From the NCBI GenBank assembly GCA_964016885.1, contig OZ024748.1, positions 13,640,001-13,704,000 of the forward strand: a DNA stretch of 64,000 nt. Direction: 5' to 3'. The first letter of the stretch is position 1, and every line of letters starts with the position of its first letter. Source of the stretch: Eledone cirrhosa. Taxonomy: Eukaryota. The notes below the pieces were generated by a model. The model had not been told where the DNA came from and did no database searches. It was given only the letters and a program-made list of their open reading frames with translations. This document shows positions 1 to 13,694 of this stretch, one piece after another. The position numbers and the translations under genes are program-made.

Positions 1-415
1 ACAGAGAGAGAGAGAGACAGAGAGAGAGGCACACAGATACCCACACATACACACAAATACACAAACACACAAACAAACACCGACACAAAAACGCAAAATG
101 GATTTCTGGGAACTTCTAACAAAAGGCACCAGGAACTATTCATGAAAAATTGATGAAGATTTTGAAAACCTTTGTCATATGTCTGGAATAAAAATGAGAC
201 AATTTAAAATGCCTTTAATGGAATTTCTTTAACCCTCTCTATAACAACAATACGGTTACATATTATATTCCATGTTCATCCCATGTTTTGCTTTTGTCAT
301 TTTTTTTTCTTCCACTTCCATTTCAATCTTGAACAGCCATATTTTTTTGTGGGGGAAAACTCATTTTTGGATTTTAGCATTATTAATGCCGTAGCTCTTG
401 TTGTTGTTGTTGTTA

Positions 416-453
<38 letters not shown>

Positions 454-1237
454 GTTATTTTTATTATTATGAAATATTAAATATTCTATGATGGAAAGTT
501 CAGGTTCCATATCTACAACAATAACAAAAAAAAAAAATAAAATAAAATAAAATAATATAGAAGACAAGTATTCGAAAGATTGTGTGATCAGAATTTCTTC
601 TACTTCTTAGCGCAAAGTAATTTAACAAAAACGATTCTTGCTATTCCAAATGATTTGTTTTCATTGTTATCAATGTTATTATTAGTATTTGTACTGTTGC
701 TTTTGTTGTTTCATGTTGTTTATGGTGTTCGTCACTTTCACTTTTTATTTTATATTATAATCTTCATCTTCTTTCTCAAGTTCTCTGTTTCCTCTTGGAC
801 TCCGCCTGCAGAGGTGGTGTCAATACAGCGGAGGAGGGAAAATTGTGTTTCAGATTTTGATTAAATGGACAATAGTAAAACCTTATATCTAAAACTCGTT
901 GCGCAATAGATTCAGCAACTTTGAAATAGATAAAAATGTATAGCGACGACAATCTAGCAATGTCCCCAAAACAGATATGACTGCATGTATGCATTACATA
1001 ATTTAGGAAACTGTTTGCTGATGGATTTCTCTGGAATTCAGCTCGTGTATCAACATTAATGCCATGCGGCTCATATCGAAATTTCTAAACATACCCCTAA
1101 TAACAATGATTATAAACACAATCGAGCATTCCTGTTAAATTTTCTCCACAATTCATGATTTGCCATTGCAGCAGACAACTGCTCACTACTGATGTTAATC
1201 TTGGAAAATAAATAATTTTCTATATAGATAATAAACA

Positions 1238-1345
1238 CAACCACAAGGATATGGTCCGAACGTGGAAGAGCCTCCATCTCTCTCACCCTCTCCATCTCTC
1301 TCCATGGTGAGAAAATGGGGTCCCACGTGCTGGCCTCCCCACAGC
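1238..1345. repeat. Dispersed repeat fragment, homologous to 25032-25165
   Basis: Shares caaccacaaggatatggtccgaa and atggg.tcccacgtg.tggcctccccacagc with the 25 kb copy. Confidence 0.75.
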
Positions 1346-1400
1346 TCCGTCTGAGGGCTGATAGATGAAGGTTCGAGAAGGTCTCCCTCTACTGCGTCTC

Positions 1401-1602
1401 CTGTGAGCTGGTTCTCACAATAGTAACGTATGTATGACTTTTTGCTTACTTCTTCAGCAATGTTCTTCAAATCGCAACCGTAGTTGTTATCTTCGGCAAG
1501 TTTTCGTATGAATTTTTATTTGTAATACGATGACGCTAGTTTATGTTTTAAACGACTATAAGCATTTTGGTGTATGCACCATCTAGATTCTTCTCAAGTT
1601 GT
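1401..1602 (-). pseudogene. Decayed RTE-clade LINE, region C-terminal to RT
   Basis: Minus translation QLEKNLDGAYTKMLIVV*NIN*RHRITNKNSYENLPKITTTV, frameshift, RLRFEEHC*RSKQKVIHTLLL*EP resembles RTE ORF end (LEKKLDG.YTRMLR..LN..W..H.TN..LYG.LP...RLRF.GHC.R); stops and frameshift. Confidence 0.75.
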
Positions 1603-2245
1603 ATCATACTACCATTAATGCTATCCAATGAGATTCTGTTATCTATGAAAATGTATTTCCACCACCTAACTTGAATGAAAAAAATACTAATCCTCTTCAG
1701 AAGTAGATAATTCACAATCATTTCTCTCAAGCAGATGATATTAGAGTGGAACTTATTGTTATAAAGGAAACCATGAAACATTTCTGGCTATAAAAATAAA
1801 ACCTTATAATATAAAACATACAAACTATACATATAACATAACCAGGAAAAAAAAATTATAGATGAACACTCAGATGTAACGAATTATGTTGTAATGTTAA
1901 ACACCAAGCATTCCCTAGACGCTCCTATATATCAGCAACTATTTAATACGATCCATACAAAATTTACTCACAGAATTTAAAGATTTACACATTTCTATAA
2001 TACAAGCATCAGTCTAAATCAAATGGAAATCTAAAAGATAAAATAAGATGCAGTGCTAAAGAAGTAAAAAGGTGCGCATGTAAAATATAAAACAGTGCCC
2101 ATGAAGTGGTAATTATTCAAATAATGTTACTAAGGGACTACAAAAAGATGCACTGTATAAGTATGCAAAATGTAAGCTGAAATAAAAAAGCAAACGACAT
2201 AGTACAATTTCGAAAAAAAACACGTGTGTATTCAGTCAGCCATTA

Positions 2246-3398
2246 TGTATGTATGTATGTATGTATGTATGTATGTATGTATGTATGTCGCCAATGTTGA
2301 CTTGTTCTTCTTTTTGGCAAATATCATCTTGGTTAAGAGAGTGGGACTGGCTTTGTGTAGTGCCTTTGCTCACTATAAAAGCTTCACGGCACAGGCATTG
2401 CTTTATATCTGGAGATCTCTCTGCACTTGTCGTGACATGGTACCATGGGCCCAGCACTATGTGTCAATAATTGTCACAAGTGTAGTGTTTGTACCAGAGT
2501 TTTCAAGTCGCTGGCTGGACTAAAAAGTCGCACTCGTTCAGCGCATCGGTAGGGGTTCTCCTACACGGATATAAAGTAGTGGCCGTACTTGAAAACGAGT
2601 TGGCAGCCACCATGTATGTATGTATGTATGTATGTATGTATGTCACTATGTACACAATAATTGTCACAAGTGAAGTGTTTGTACCAGAGTTTTCAAGTCG
2701 CTGGCTGGACTGAAAAGTCACACTCGTTCAGCGCATCGCTAGGGGTTCTCCTACATGGATATAAAGTAGCGACCGTATTCGAAAACTAGTTGGCAGCCAC
2801 CATGTATGTGTGTATGTATGTATGTATGTCATGTCGCTCTCGAGTGCTACTGGTAACATGTAACCCAGTACAACCTGTCGCATGATCGGTTCGTCGTCGA
2901 CTAAACTGGCAGCCCCACCAAGCTTGCTTGGTGAGGAGGGTGATATTTGGACACTCTGTGGGATGAAACACAAGACCCGGCAAAGGGCGGAAGAACTCAG
3001 CAGAGTCAACAGCCATCCAAATAGTTCGTTTTTTTCATTTTTTCCCTACCTGGGAGTGAAAGCCCCTAGTTGTTATCACAACACCTTTCTAAGAGAGGGA
3101 AACTCTGAAAAAAAAAAAAACCTGCGGCTCCTGAAGCATCCAGTGATGTTGACCAGTCCTCCTTTTCGGGTAGTGTCTTCGATGCTCAGAGAGTGGGATT
3201 GGTCGAGTGCAAGGCCTTTCTCCACTTAAACAATCTTCAAAGCACAGGCATTGCTTGTTCAGGACATGTTACAGGTTTGTGTGGCTGGCGGGAGCCTAAA
3301 GGTGCACCACACTCTATAACCTAACAACCGATTGCAATACTCTTAGCAGAGTTTGCAGCCATCATGTATGTATGTATTTATGTATGTATATATGTATG
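2246..3398 (+). mobile_element. Tandem cluster of three RTE-derived non-autonomous elements separated by (TATG)n (2289-2611, 2644-2801, 2828-3363)
   Basis: All end gtt(g/t)gcagcca(c/t)c + (ATGT)n. The first two are 5'-truncated copies of the family at 33868 and 38856. The third is a diverged, longer relative with RTE 5'UTR-like sequence. Confidence 0.8.
2828..2909 (+). ncRNA. Possible HDV-like ribozyme at 5' end of RTE-derived element
   Basis: P1 gtcatg(2828)/catgat(2881); P2 ccagt(2865)/actgg(2905); cc in L3 with gg(2888); short P4 tcg/cga followed by ctaa; P3 imperfect. Confidence 0.4.
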
Positions 3399-3484
3399 CG
3401 AAAAGTAAACGGAAGCAACAAACTAAATAACACAGTACAATGAAAAATATATTAGTTAAATTATTGATATTGTAAGAAAAAATT

Positions 3485-3520
3485 CATAACGTTTCGAACA
3501 TTAGTCCTTCATCAGAATAT
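3485..3520 (-). ncRNA. Degenerate minimal hammerhead motif
   Basis: Minus: ctgatga-a-ggac-taat-gttc-gaaacgtta; helix I pairing is poor. Confidence 0.45.
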
Positions 3521-4315
3521 GGAGTGAAATGAAAGAGAAAATTAGAGAGTGAAAAGAGGAAAATTATGAAAAATATTTTGAGAAAAATTATGTACGTTGT
3601 CTCTGTTTGTATCAGATAAGTCTCACCCGACAGCTACAATATCAACCATGTTTATGATAGGCGCCATTTTCTCAAGACATAGAGAAAAAAAGCGACTCGA
3701 AACCAGAAAGATAATTGCAAAGAAATCTTCTTTAACCTTACAACAAACACCATGCACCTACACGTGTATCTGTGTATTTGTTAACAATAACGATTATTTA
3801 TTTTTTTAAAAGGAAATATCTTTAGTTAGAATCAGATTCAATGTTAAAATTTTACAAAATGTCAATAAACCGGATGATTAATGATCAAATGAGTTTAAAT
3901 CATGGAAAGATTGATAAAGACAATTTAACAGGCGGACACTTTTAATGGTTTCTTGTTATTTATCGTGTGTTTTAATATGGTTATTGTTGTTTTTTGTTGT
4001 ATTTTTGTGTCTAGGCAGATAATTAGAGAAGTTAAGGTCTCCAGTGAAGTATAAATATTTGATTTGCAGATGGTGTGTATGTGTATGTGTGTGAGAGAGA
4101 GAGAGAGCGCGTGTGTGTGTGTGTGAGGAGAGAGAGTGAGGGAGAGAGAGTATGTGTGTGTGTGTGTGTATCTGTGTGTATGTGTGTGAGTGTGTGTGAC
4201 TAGAGAGAGAGAGAATGTGTGTGAGTAGAGAGAGAGAGAGGGACACTGAGAGAGAGATGGGGGTGAGAGAAAAAGAGAGAGAGAGTTAGAAGGAGAGGGA
4301 GAGAGAGAAAGAAAG

Positions 4316-4387
<72 letters not shown>

Positions 4388-4466
4388 AGGAGGCTGGAAA
4401 TATGAAGAAATTAAAATAAATTAAAGCTTGTAAAAACATATTTTATTTCGTTTTATTTTAATTGGC

Positions 4467-4980
4467 TTGTTGCTGTTGTTGTTGTTCTACCTGTTGCTAC
4501 TGCCATTGCTATTCGTGATGATGATGATGATGCTATCAATTATAATCAAGATGAAGACGGTTATGATGCTGCTGACGATCATGTCGATAATAATGATGAT
4601 GATGATAATGATGATAATTAGAATGTTGAGAGTGATGACAGTAATATTGATTGCGATGATGACGTTGACGATGATGATGATAATGATGATGAAAATGAAA
4701 ATGATCATTATGTTGATGATGATGAGGTTGGTGATGAGGATGATGATGATAATGATGAAAATTATGTTGATGATGATAATGATGATGATGATGATGGGGT
4801 TGGTGATGATAATGATGATGATAATTATGTTGATGATGATGAGGTTGGTGATGAGCATGATGATGGTGATAATAATGATGATGAAGATGGTGATGATGAT
4901 TGTGATGATGATGATGATGATGCTAATAATAATTACTCATATCATTACTGTCGTTGTTGTTGTTATTTTTGTTGTTGATG
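4467..4980. repeat. Degenerate (GAT)n trinucleotide tract
   Basis: Direct reading; produces poly-M/poly-I ORFs. Confidence 0.95.
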
Positions 4981-4984
4981 AGAG

Positions 4985-5290
4985 GCAAGAATGGCCCGAG
5001 TGAATGGGCCTACTCTGAGTATGTGTCTGTAAATTAAAGGTGGAAAACTGGGAGAGGGCACTTGCCCTGGTGGTCAGGGTCACTCTGGCTTTTTAATGGG
5101 CTTTCTCCACGAATGTCCCTCGGAAATCTCCCCCTTATTGGGGAATTTTTTTCATTGTTCTATTATTACATCCTCTGTTTCTTGTTTTTTTTTACACGCA
5201 GAAATGCCCTTTTGTACCGTCCTGTATTGTCCTGTACTGTCCTTAATGTCTACTTTGTGTAAACCCTTGTCGTTAATAAAGAAAGCATTA
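4985..5290 (+). mobile_element. 3' end of a non-LTR retrotransposon (L1/Tx1-like)
   Basis: Short ORF end ARMARVNGPTLSMCL*, T-rich 3'UTR, then aataaagaaa followed by (ATT)n; clade from memory only. Confidence 0.45.
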
Positions 5291-5357
5291 TTATTATTAT
5301 GATAATTACTAAAATTATTATTATTATCACGATTAATCTCATTAATTATTATTATTA

Positions 5358-5545
5358 GCGGTGGATTGGCAGTATCGGTAGAGGTTCGGACGCCATACTT
5401 TGACGCATAGAGTTACGGCCCTTGCCATTCTGAGTTCAAATCCCGTCGAGGTTAACTTTGCCTTTCATCCTTACGGGGTCGATATAATAAAGTACCAGTA
5501 ATGCAATGGGGTAATTGCTGGCTTTGTGCCCAAAATAGAAACAAT
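5358..5545 (+). mobile_element. tRNA-derived SINE family 1 (Deu/Nin-like core)
   Basis: A-box-like tggcagtatcgg, B-box gagttcaaatcc, core gcctttcatccttacggggtcgat..aataaagtaccag, (ATT)n tail; more than 10 copies in the window. Confidence 0.85.
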
Positions 5546-5880
5546 TATTATTATCATAATTACTAAAATTATCATTATCATTATTGTCATTCTTATTATT
5601 CTAAAGTAGTAATACAATCATTTGTCTTAAAAACCCCAAAAAAGGAGTTGTATGTCAGTGGTTTGATAAATGTTCTCCCTGTTAGAGATATAATCACTAA
5701 GATAATTCTGTATAATATACCAGGTAGGGAGAGAATTGATGAGAAACATCCCCGAGTTATAATCTTCTTCATACAGAAAGAATTTAGTAATTTTCAATAC
5801 ATTTTATTCGTTTTCAAACAGCAAGTATGAAATATTTATTTTCTTATCATATTTCTGACACTATACCTTAACACTAAAAA

Positions 5881-6205
5881 TAATTGTTTCTACTTTTGCC
5901 ACAAGGCCAGCAATTATCCAGTACATTACTGGTACGTTATTTTATCGATCCGGTAAGGATGAAAGGCAAAGTTAACCTCGACGGGATTTGAACTCAGAAT
6001 GGCAAGGGCCGTAACTCTATGCGTCAAAGCATGGCGTCCGAACCTCTACCGATACTGCCAATCCACCGCTTAACAATAATAACAATTGTTCCTACTTTAG
6101 GCACAAGGCCAGCAAATTCCCCAGTGCATTACTGGTACTTTATTTTATCGACCCCGTAAGGATGAAAGGCAAAGTTAACCTCGGCGGGATTTGAACTCCG
6201 AATGG
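5881..6205 (-). mobile_element. SINE family 1, full copy (5881-6070) plus tandem truncated copy (6083-6205)
   Basis: Reverse complement of 5358-5545. Confidence 0.85.
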
Positions 6206-6408
6206 AATAACAATAATAATAATGATATTTCTTTTTTTCTTTCAATTAATTTTACAAATAAACAAGGATTTCGTCGTGTGAGAATGGTAGAGGTAATTAT
6301 AAAGATTTTGATGATGATAGTGTTGATGATGATGATGATGATGATGACGACGATAATGATAATGGTGATGATGATGATGATTATGATAAGGATGATGATG
6401 ATAATTAT

Positions 6409-6621
6409 GGTTTCTTATATAGGCACAAGGCCAGCAATTTTGGTGGAAGGGAATGCCGATGGAATCGAACCCCAGTGCGTGACTGGTACTTTATTTTATC
6501 AACTCCGTATGGACGAAACGCAAAGTTAACCTCGATGGGATTTGAACTCAGATCATAAAAGGGCCGTAACTCTATGCTGCACAGCATGGCGTCCGACCCA
6601 CCACCGATGCTGCCAATCCAC
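6409..6621 (-). mobile_element. SINE family 1 copy within (GAT)n tract
   Basis: Same boxes and core on the minus strand. Confidence 0.8.
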
Positions 6622-6688
6622 GATGATGAATATGATGATGATGATGAGGAGGACAATGGTGAGTATACAGATGAAGTGGATGTTGATG

Positions 6689-6724
<36 letters not shown>

Positions 6725-6805
6725 GCGACGATTATGACGATGAGGTTGATGGTGTGGCGGATGAGGACGATGATGAGGAGTAGGCAGAGGTGGATGCTGA
6801 GGATG

Positions 6806-6860
<55 letters not shown>

Positions 6861-7070
6861 GAACGAAAAAATGATGATGATGATGAAAATGATGACGAGG
6901 ACGACAGCGATAATGATGGTCATGATGTTGATGACAATGATGGTGATGACGATGATGATGATGATGACGATGATGACGATGACGACGATGATGATGATGA
7001 CGATGATGACGACGATGATGATGATGATGATGACGATGATGATGATCATCATCGTGAACTTCATCTTCAT
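6622..7070. repeat. (GAT/GAC/AAC)n trinucleotide tract
   Basis: Direct reading. Confidence 0.95.
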
Positions 7071-7736
7071 CAGTGCCACCGTCATTCGAATCCATTCACC
7101 AATATCCATCGATCATTAAATTGATGTATATGACAAAGAAGATGACAGTGATACTGCTGCTGCTGATGATGATGTTATCGGCTGCAACGAGAGAAAGAGA
7201 AAAGCAATGATAATAATTGTGACGACACTTTTGTTGATGTCGATTATTGCAACTAAGCGTTTCCATAAAATTTCACTATTTAATTACAATTTTTCAATTC
7301 TAATCTCCATACCGTTGCTTAATAGGTCGTCTGAGTAGAAACTGTACTTAATTAACAGTTCTTTAGGTTGAATTCTCTTAATGATATTCACCATTTCATT
7401 ACTAAAGTCTACACAGAGCCACAGTTCACTACCAAAGTAGAAAGCGCTGCAACAAATTGGAAATTAGAATTGGAAATTAAATCAAATCATTAGAGTAAAC
7501 GGTATATCGCTGTATATATATATATGTATGTATATATACAATATGTTGAAAAGGTAACACACTAGAGAGAGATACAGTGCGTTATCAATAAAACAAGGAA
7601 AAACCACCAGTGTATAGAATCTATAACCTATGAAAGGCAGAATATAGATACGATAATTAAAAATATAAAAATTAAAGCGTAAATAAATACCTCTATAACT
7701 GGGAACATCGAGAGTCTATGGCGCCGTTAATGTATC

Positions 7737-7766
<30 letters not shown>

Positions 7767-7773
<7 letters not shown>

Positions 7774-8047
7774 AAAGTCTGTTTTAAGCCAGAGGGCTCA
7801 TTTGGCCGGTGCTTATCCCGGTTTGATGGCGTGAAGTGACTGAGAGTACAAGACTCCGCCCTGGACAAGACGCCAGTCCATCGCAGAGTTGAACCTCCAG
7901 CTATTTCTGGTACTCATATTCAGCTGAGTATTCTGGAGCAATGTGAAATGAAGTGTTTTGCTCAAGAACACAACACGCAGCCCAGGAATCGTGCCCACGA
8001 CATTATGATCGTAAGTCCAACACCCTTAACGCTAGGCCACGTGCCTC

Positions 8048-8048
<1 letters not shown>
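7767..8048 (-). mobile_element. tRNA-derived SINE family 2 (V-/Meta-SINE-like)
   Basis: Minus: ggaggcacgtggcctagcgttaaggg head, ttcttgagcaaaacactt, tgcgatggactggcgtcttgtccagg, aaccgggataagcaccggcc, (agacttt) tail. Decayed relatives near 20800-20910, 33537-33610 and 48620-48746. Confidence 0.75.
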
Positions 8049-8086
<38 letters not shown>

Positions 8087-8119
8087 GTCTGTGTGTATAC
8101 ATATATATGTCTGTGTGTG

Positions 8120-8208
<89 letters not shown>

Positions 8209-8369
8209 TTGTATGTATCTATGATGTACATAGAAACAGACCGGTGTACCTGCGCCAATTTAATCATATCATTATATTTGCTCCATTCCCCGGTGAGTCG
8301 TATAACTAAAAAAATACATGTATGGATAAACATATACATATACATACATACACACACACACACATACAC

Positions 8370-8518
<149 letters not shown>

Positions 8519-8584
8519 TACATATACACGCACACACACACGTATATGTGTGTATATATCTCAATATATCTTATTTCTCATTCT

Positions 8585-8622
8585 TTCTTCTGTTGAAGGA
8601 TTAGTGTCCGAAACGTTAAGGC
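8585..8622 (+). ncRNA. Degenerate minimal hammerhead motif (same type as 3485)
   Basis: ctgttga-a-ggat-tagt-gtcc-gaaacgtta; core A6 mutated. Confidence 0.4.
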
Positions 8623-8939
8623 CCTCTTCCTGCCATATCAAGCGTTAACCTAATATATTCCTTCCATATACTGTACCGATTGTGTTGTTATTTCTGTTTA
8701 CCTTTTACACACACACACACACACATACACATACACACATATATATATATATATATTATAATCCGATGAAATACTTTGAAAGCGTAAAACATATATGACG
8801 ACCTTGCAGATGCAGAGTCAGGTTCGATCTGTAACATTATTATGTAAATAAATTGTGTTTTAATGCATCACTGATTCATTGTTATCTGTAATAACATACT
8901 CTGCTCTGCGCGAGCATCGGACTCATTCATTGCAACCAT

Positions 8940-8992
<53 letters not shown>

Positions 8993-9138
8993 ATACTTTG
9001 GGAGGGTCATGTTGTCAATAAGAAACACACGCACCAGTTGCTTTCACTTCAATTTATTATAATAAATTTATAAATTTAGGAATTTATAAATTTCCGGTTG
9101 GTTGGTTGGTTCCACAACCAGATGGTTGTTTATATATT

Positions 9139-9181
9139 GTCAAAGTTCTTTCGTCACACATTCTGTGACCTCTTCAGTGAC
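9139..9181 (-). ncRNA. Minimal type I hammerhead ribozyme
   Basis: Minus: gtca-CTGAAGA-g-gtcaca-gaatg-tgtgac-GAAA-g-aa-c-TT-tgac. Confidence 0.7.
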
Positions 9182-9284
9182 TGGGGATTCTTTTCTTTGT
9201 TTTTGTGCCTCTCCTTTGAAACAAGATGGCATAGGACAGAACAAAGGAGAGGCACAAAAACAGAAAACAAAGAAAAGAATCCCA

Positions 9285-9327
9285 GTCACTGAAGAGGTCA
9301 CATACTGTGTGACGAAAGAACTTTGAC
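9285..9327 (+). ncRNA. Minimal type I hammerhead ribozyme
   Basis: gtca-CTGAAGA-g-gtcaca-tactg-tgtgac-GAAA-g-aa-c-TT-tgac; helix I 4 bp, helix II 6 bp, helix III 2 bp. Confidence 0.7.
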
Positions 9328-9528
9328 AATATATAAACAACCATCTGGTTGTGGAACCAACCAACCGGAAATTTATAAATTCCTAAATTTATAAATTTAT
9401 AATAAATTTAAGTGAAAGCAACTGATGCGTGTGTTTCTTATTGGCAACATGACCCTCCCAAAGTATAACAATATCGGTTTCAACACACGTTTTCAGATAA
9501 AGAATCTTGCTAAAGAAATTCAGAAACG

Positions 9529-9652
<124 letters not shown>

Positions 9653-10226
9653 GACAGGCGTGTTATATGGTCTATGTTTACAAGCAAACTTATATACACC
9701 AGGTTATATAATTACATCATTAAGTATAACAAGTGCATATAATTATATGTTTTCTGTTGCATATATTTGGATGCTGGTGTTACGACAGTGCAGTGGTGGT
9801 ATATATACACACACAATGCCACATATACTGACACACACACACACACACACATATATATAACCATATATACATATATATATATATATACATATGTATATAT
9901 GTGCGTGTATGTATCTATGTATATGTATATATATATATGTGTGTGTACATGGGAGTATGCATACGAGAACGAGTAGTTTCATTGGTGAAAAAAAAAATAC
10001 GATCGTCTAACATCAAGACCAAGAAGTTCTCACCTTACGTATGATTAAAATGTTCGAAAGTCATTAAGTAAAGCATACATACTTCGTTTCATACAGCGTA
10101 CACATTGTGGAGTTTGGCATCCATGTTTTCTTTCTTTACAAAATTACTATATTAATATCTGTATGGTGGTCTTCAGGAAAATATATAGATAATTTAGCAA
10201 TAACCCCGCAGAAACAAAGGCATAGA

Positions 10227-10319
<93 letters not shown>

Positions 10320-10343
10320 CCTATATATATATATATATATATA

Positions 10344-10520
10344 TACATACCAACACATATATATTCATATATATATATCATATTTACATACATACCAACA
10401 CATATATATTCATATATATATATCATATTTACATACATACCAACACATATATATTCATATATATATATCATATTTACATACATACCAACACATATATATT
10501 CATATATATATATCATATAT
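10344..10520. repeat. 45-bp minisatellite x4 evolved inside (TA)n
   Basis: caacac recurs at 10351, 10396, 10441 and 10486. Confidence 0.9.
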
Positions 10521-10580
10521 ACATACATAGCAATATATATATATATATTTATATATATATATATATACATAGCAATATAT

Positions 10581-10611
<31 letters not shown>

Positions 10612-10686
10612 CATAGCAATATATATATATATTTATATATATATATATATCGACAGTCGATCGACTTTCGTCAAATATATATATGG

Positions 10687-10781
<95 letters not shown>

Positions 10782-10782
10782 G

Positions 10783-10974
<192 letters not shown>

Positions 10975-11175
10975 CTGTGTATAGAATATATCATATATCA
11001 AATGCATTGTTGTCGAAACGTATTCCTTATAAATTATAGAAATTATATATCGTAGCTAGTTTTCTACACAACATTACAATGCACAAGCAGAATTTAATAA
11101 TCGTCATAGTAATTATGCCAGGTATATTGTAAATTACTATGGAGGTTAACAAGTAATACTGCACTACACACACAG

Positions 11176-11302
<127 letters not shown>

Positions 11303-11361
11303 CACACACACACTCATATATATATATATGTGTGTTTATATATACATATATTTATACATAC

Positions 11362-11399
<38 letters not shown>

Positions 11400-11968
11400 G
11401 CATATGCATGCATATGTATATATGTGTATGTATATATATTTATATATACATACACACATGCATATGCAAGCATGCATATATATATATATATATATAAATG
11501 TGTGTGTGTGTGTGTGTCTGTGTGTGTGTGCGTGTATGCATTTATATGTATCACGCTGTGATCTTATTCATATATGATATATATTTTGTATATTTATAGA
11601 GAGTGATGTGTGTGTATGTGTGAATGCTTGTCTGTGCTCATGGTTCTATATGTATATGTATGTGCGTGTGCGTGTAAGAATAAGTATGCATGCGTATGTT
11701 TCCACACATACCTACATAATTACAGTTGCTGTGCTTTTGCAAAAGAAATTTATAGGAGGATTATATGTATGTATCAGGGAATATTTTAATTAGCTTTAGA
11801 ATTGCAAACCACTGATTATTTTTACTAATTTTATATAATTACAGCTTTCCTATACATTAGCTACAACCTATTCATCTACATGTAACAAGTGAAAATATAA
11901 TATTCGTACAACGTACTGAAAAACATCTAGACATTGTGAACTCTGTATGTATAAACGTGTAACTATAC

Positions 11969-12042
<74 letters not shown>

Positions 12043-12151
12043 ACACACACATACACATATATATGTATGTGTATATATATGTATATATATAAGCAGAAGG
12101 GATATTCAATTTGTTGGTAATTCAACAAATATAAATGTTTAAAACTTATTC

Positions 12152-12263
12152 AGAGCACTGGACTAGAACTGTTTCATTCGTGAAAAATCACCGGGAAGCT
12201 CCTGATGATTTCTCACGAATGAAACAGTTCTAGTCCTGTAGAAGCTCTTCTATATTAAAACTT
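12152..12263. mobile_element. HHR element family A, head-to-head palindrome
   Basis: ggactagaactgtttcattcgtga...ctgatgatttctcacgaatgaaacagttctagtcc; core ctgatga at 12202, gaaac at 12221, GTA at 12238. Confidence 0.8.
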
Positions 12264-12270
12264 ATATATG

Positions 12271-12338
<68 letters not shown>

Positions 12339-12350
12339 CATACACACATG

Positions 12351-12402
<52 letters not shown>

Positions 12403-12403
<1 letters not shown>

Positions 12404-12471
12404 TTAATATAGAAATGGCTTCTACAGGACTAGAACTGTTTCATTCCAAGGAAATCATTCATCAGGAAAGC
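12403..12471 (-). mobile_element. HHR element family A, single truncated copy
   Basis: Minus: gctttc-ctgatga-atgatttccttggaat-gaaacagttctagtcctgta-gaagcc. Confidence 0.75.
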
Positions 12472-12734
12472 ACATATATATATATCTATATCTATATATA
12501 ACCAAACGTTTATATGGTTCGTTGATTATTGAACGAATTCAATTTTACAATAGATCACAATCACTCGACAGTTATTGAATATTCAAGACCTCAGCGGTAT
12601 GTCGCATAACCAATCTCTATATATTTTATCTGATGAAAACGTACTGAAACAACGTTGTACTTTTGAAATATGTATAATAAAATATATACTTTGGTTATGA
12701 TAATATTTCTGATTTATTAATATTTTCAATAATA

Positions 12735-12861
<127 letters not shown>

Positions 12862-13017
12862 CGCGCGTATGTGTGTGTATATGTGTATGTTTACGTGGGC
12901 TGTGCCTATCGGACAGGATATTATGGCGCGACTTAAGCTGGCGTTAATAGGCTTGTGGCGGTATGTGTCTAGAAGTAGGTGAGGCTTGGTCTGTGGTAGT
13001 GAGTGAGAGTGTGTGTG

Positions 13018-13073
<56 letters not shown>

Positions 13074-13634
13074 GGGGGGGGAGGGGTCTACGCATGTATG
13101 CGTACATATGTGTATGCACGCATGTGTCCATGTCTGCCTGTGTGTGTATGTGTGTGTGTATTTGTATGTGTGGGTGCATGCTCTGGTGTATAAACAGACA
13201 CGTGAGATACCGAACCCAGCACGACTCCATTGAAGTGTGTCGTACGGATAATGGCTGATGACCCGTGTAGCAGTAAATAAAGACCAGAACTTAAGATGAC
13301 GTGGAGTAACAACAGCCAATGGCATGACAAGAGTGGAAGAGGTTTTTTGACTGTGTTTTTTTATGAAAACACCCCAGTGATAAAATTTTCTCCGAACGAA
13401 CTACCCGTGTCTGAAGGAACCTGCAGCCGTAGAATCAGCCAGATCCATACAGGGACCATGGCTCGAGCTACCTGCCGGCGAAACAATTGTAACACGCAAT
13501 AAATTGAGTCCAGATCCATCACTGATTTTTCGTTTTCTTTATACTATCTACACTCTACTCTGCTGAATATTGAGTGCTAATTTTTGCATACCGCCTATGG
13601 AAGCACCATAGATACCATTATACACAAGTATATA

Positions 13635-13694
<60 letters not shown>

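Larger units (their letters stand above)
8985..9474. mobile_element. 490-bp foldback element with a hammerhead in each arm (Penelope-like/retrozyme-like)
   Basis: Near-perfect ~234-bp inverted arms, 23-nt loop (9219-9241), termini atattgttatactttgggagggtcat; abuts (TA)n. Confidence 0.85.

Noticed and set aside
5358-5445. tRNA genes
   Set aside because: A/B boxes belong to SINE heads; no cloverleaf, and each continues into the SINE core.
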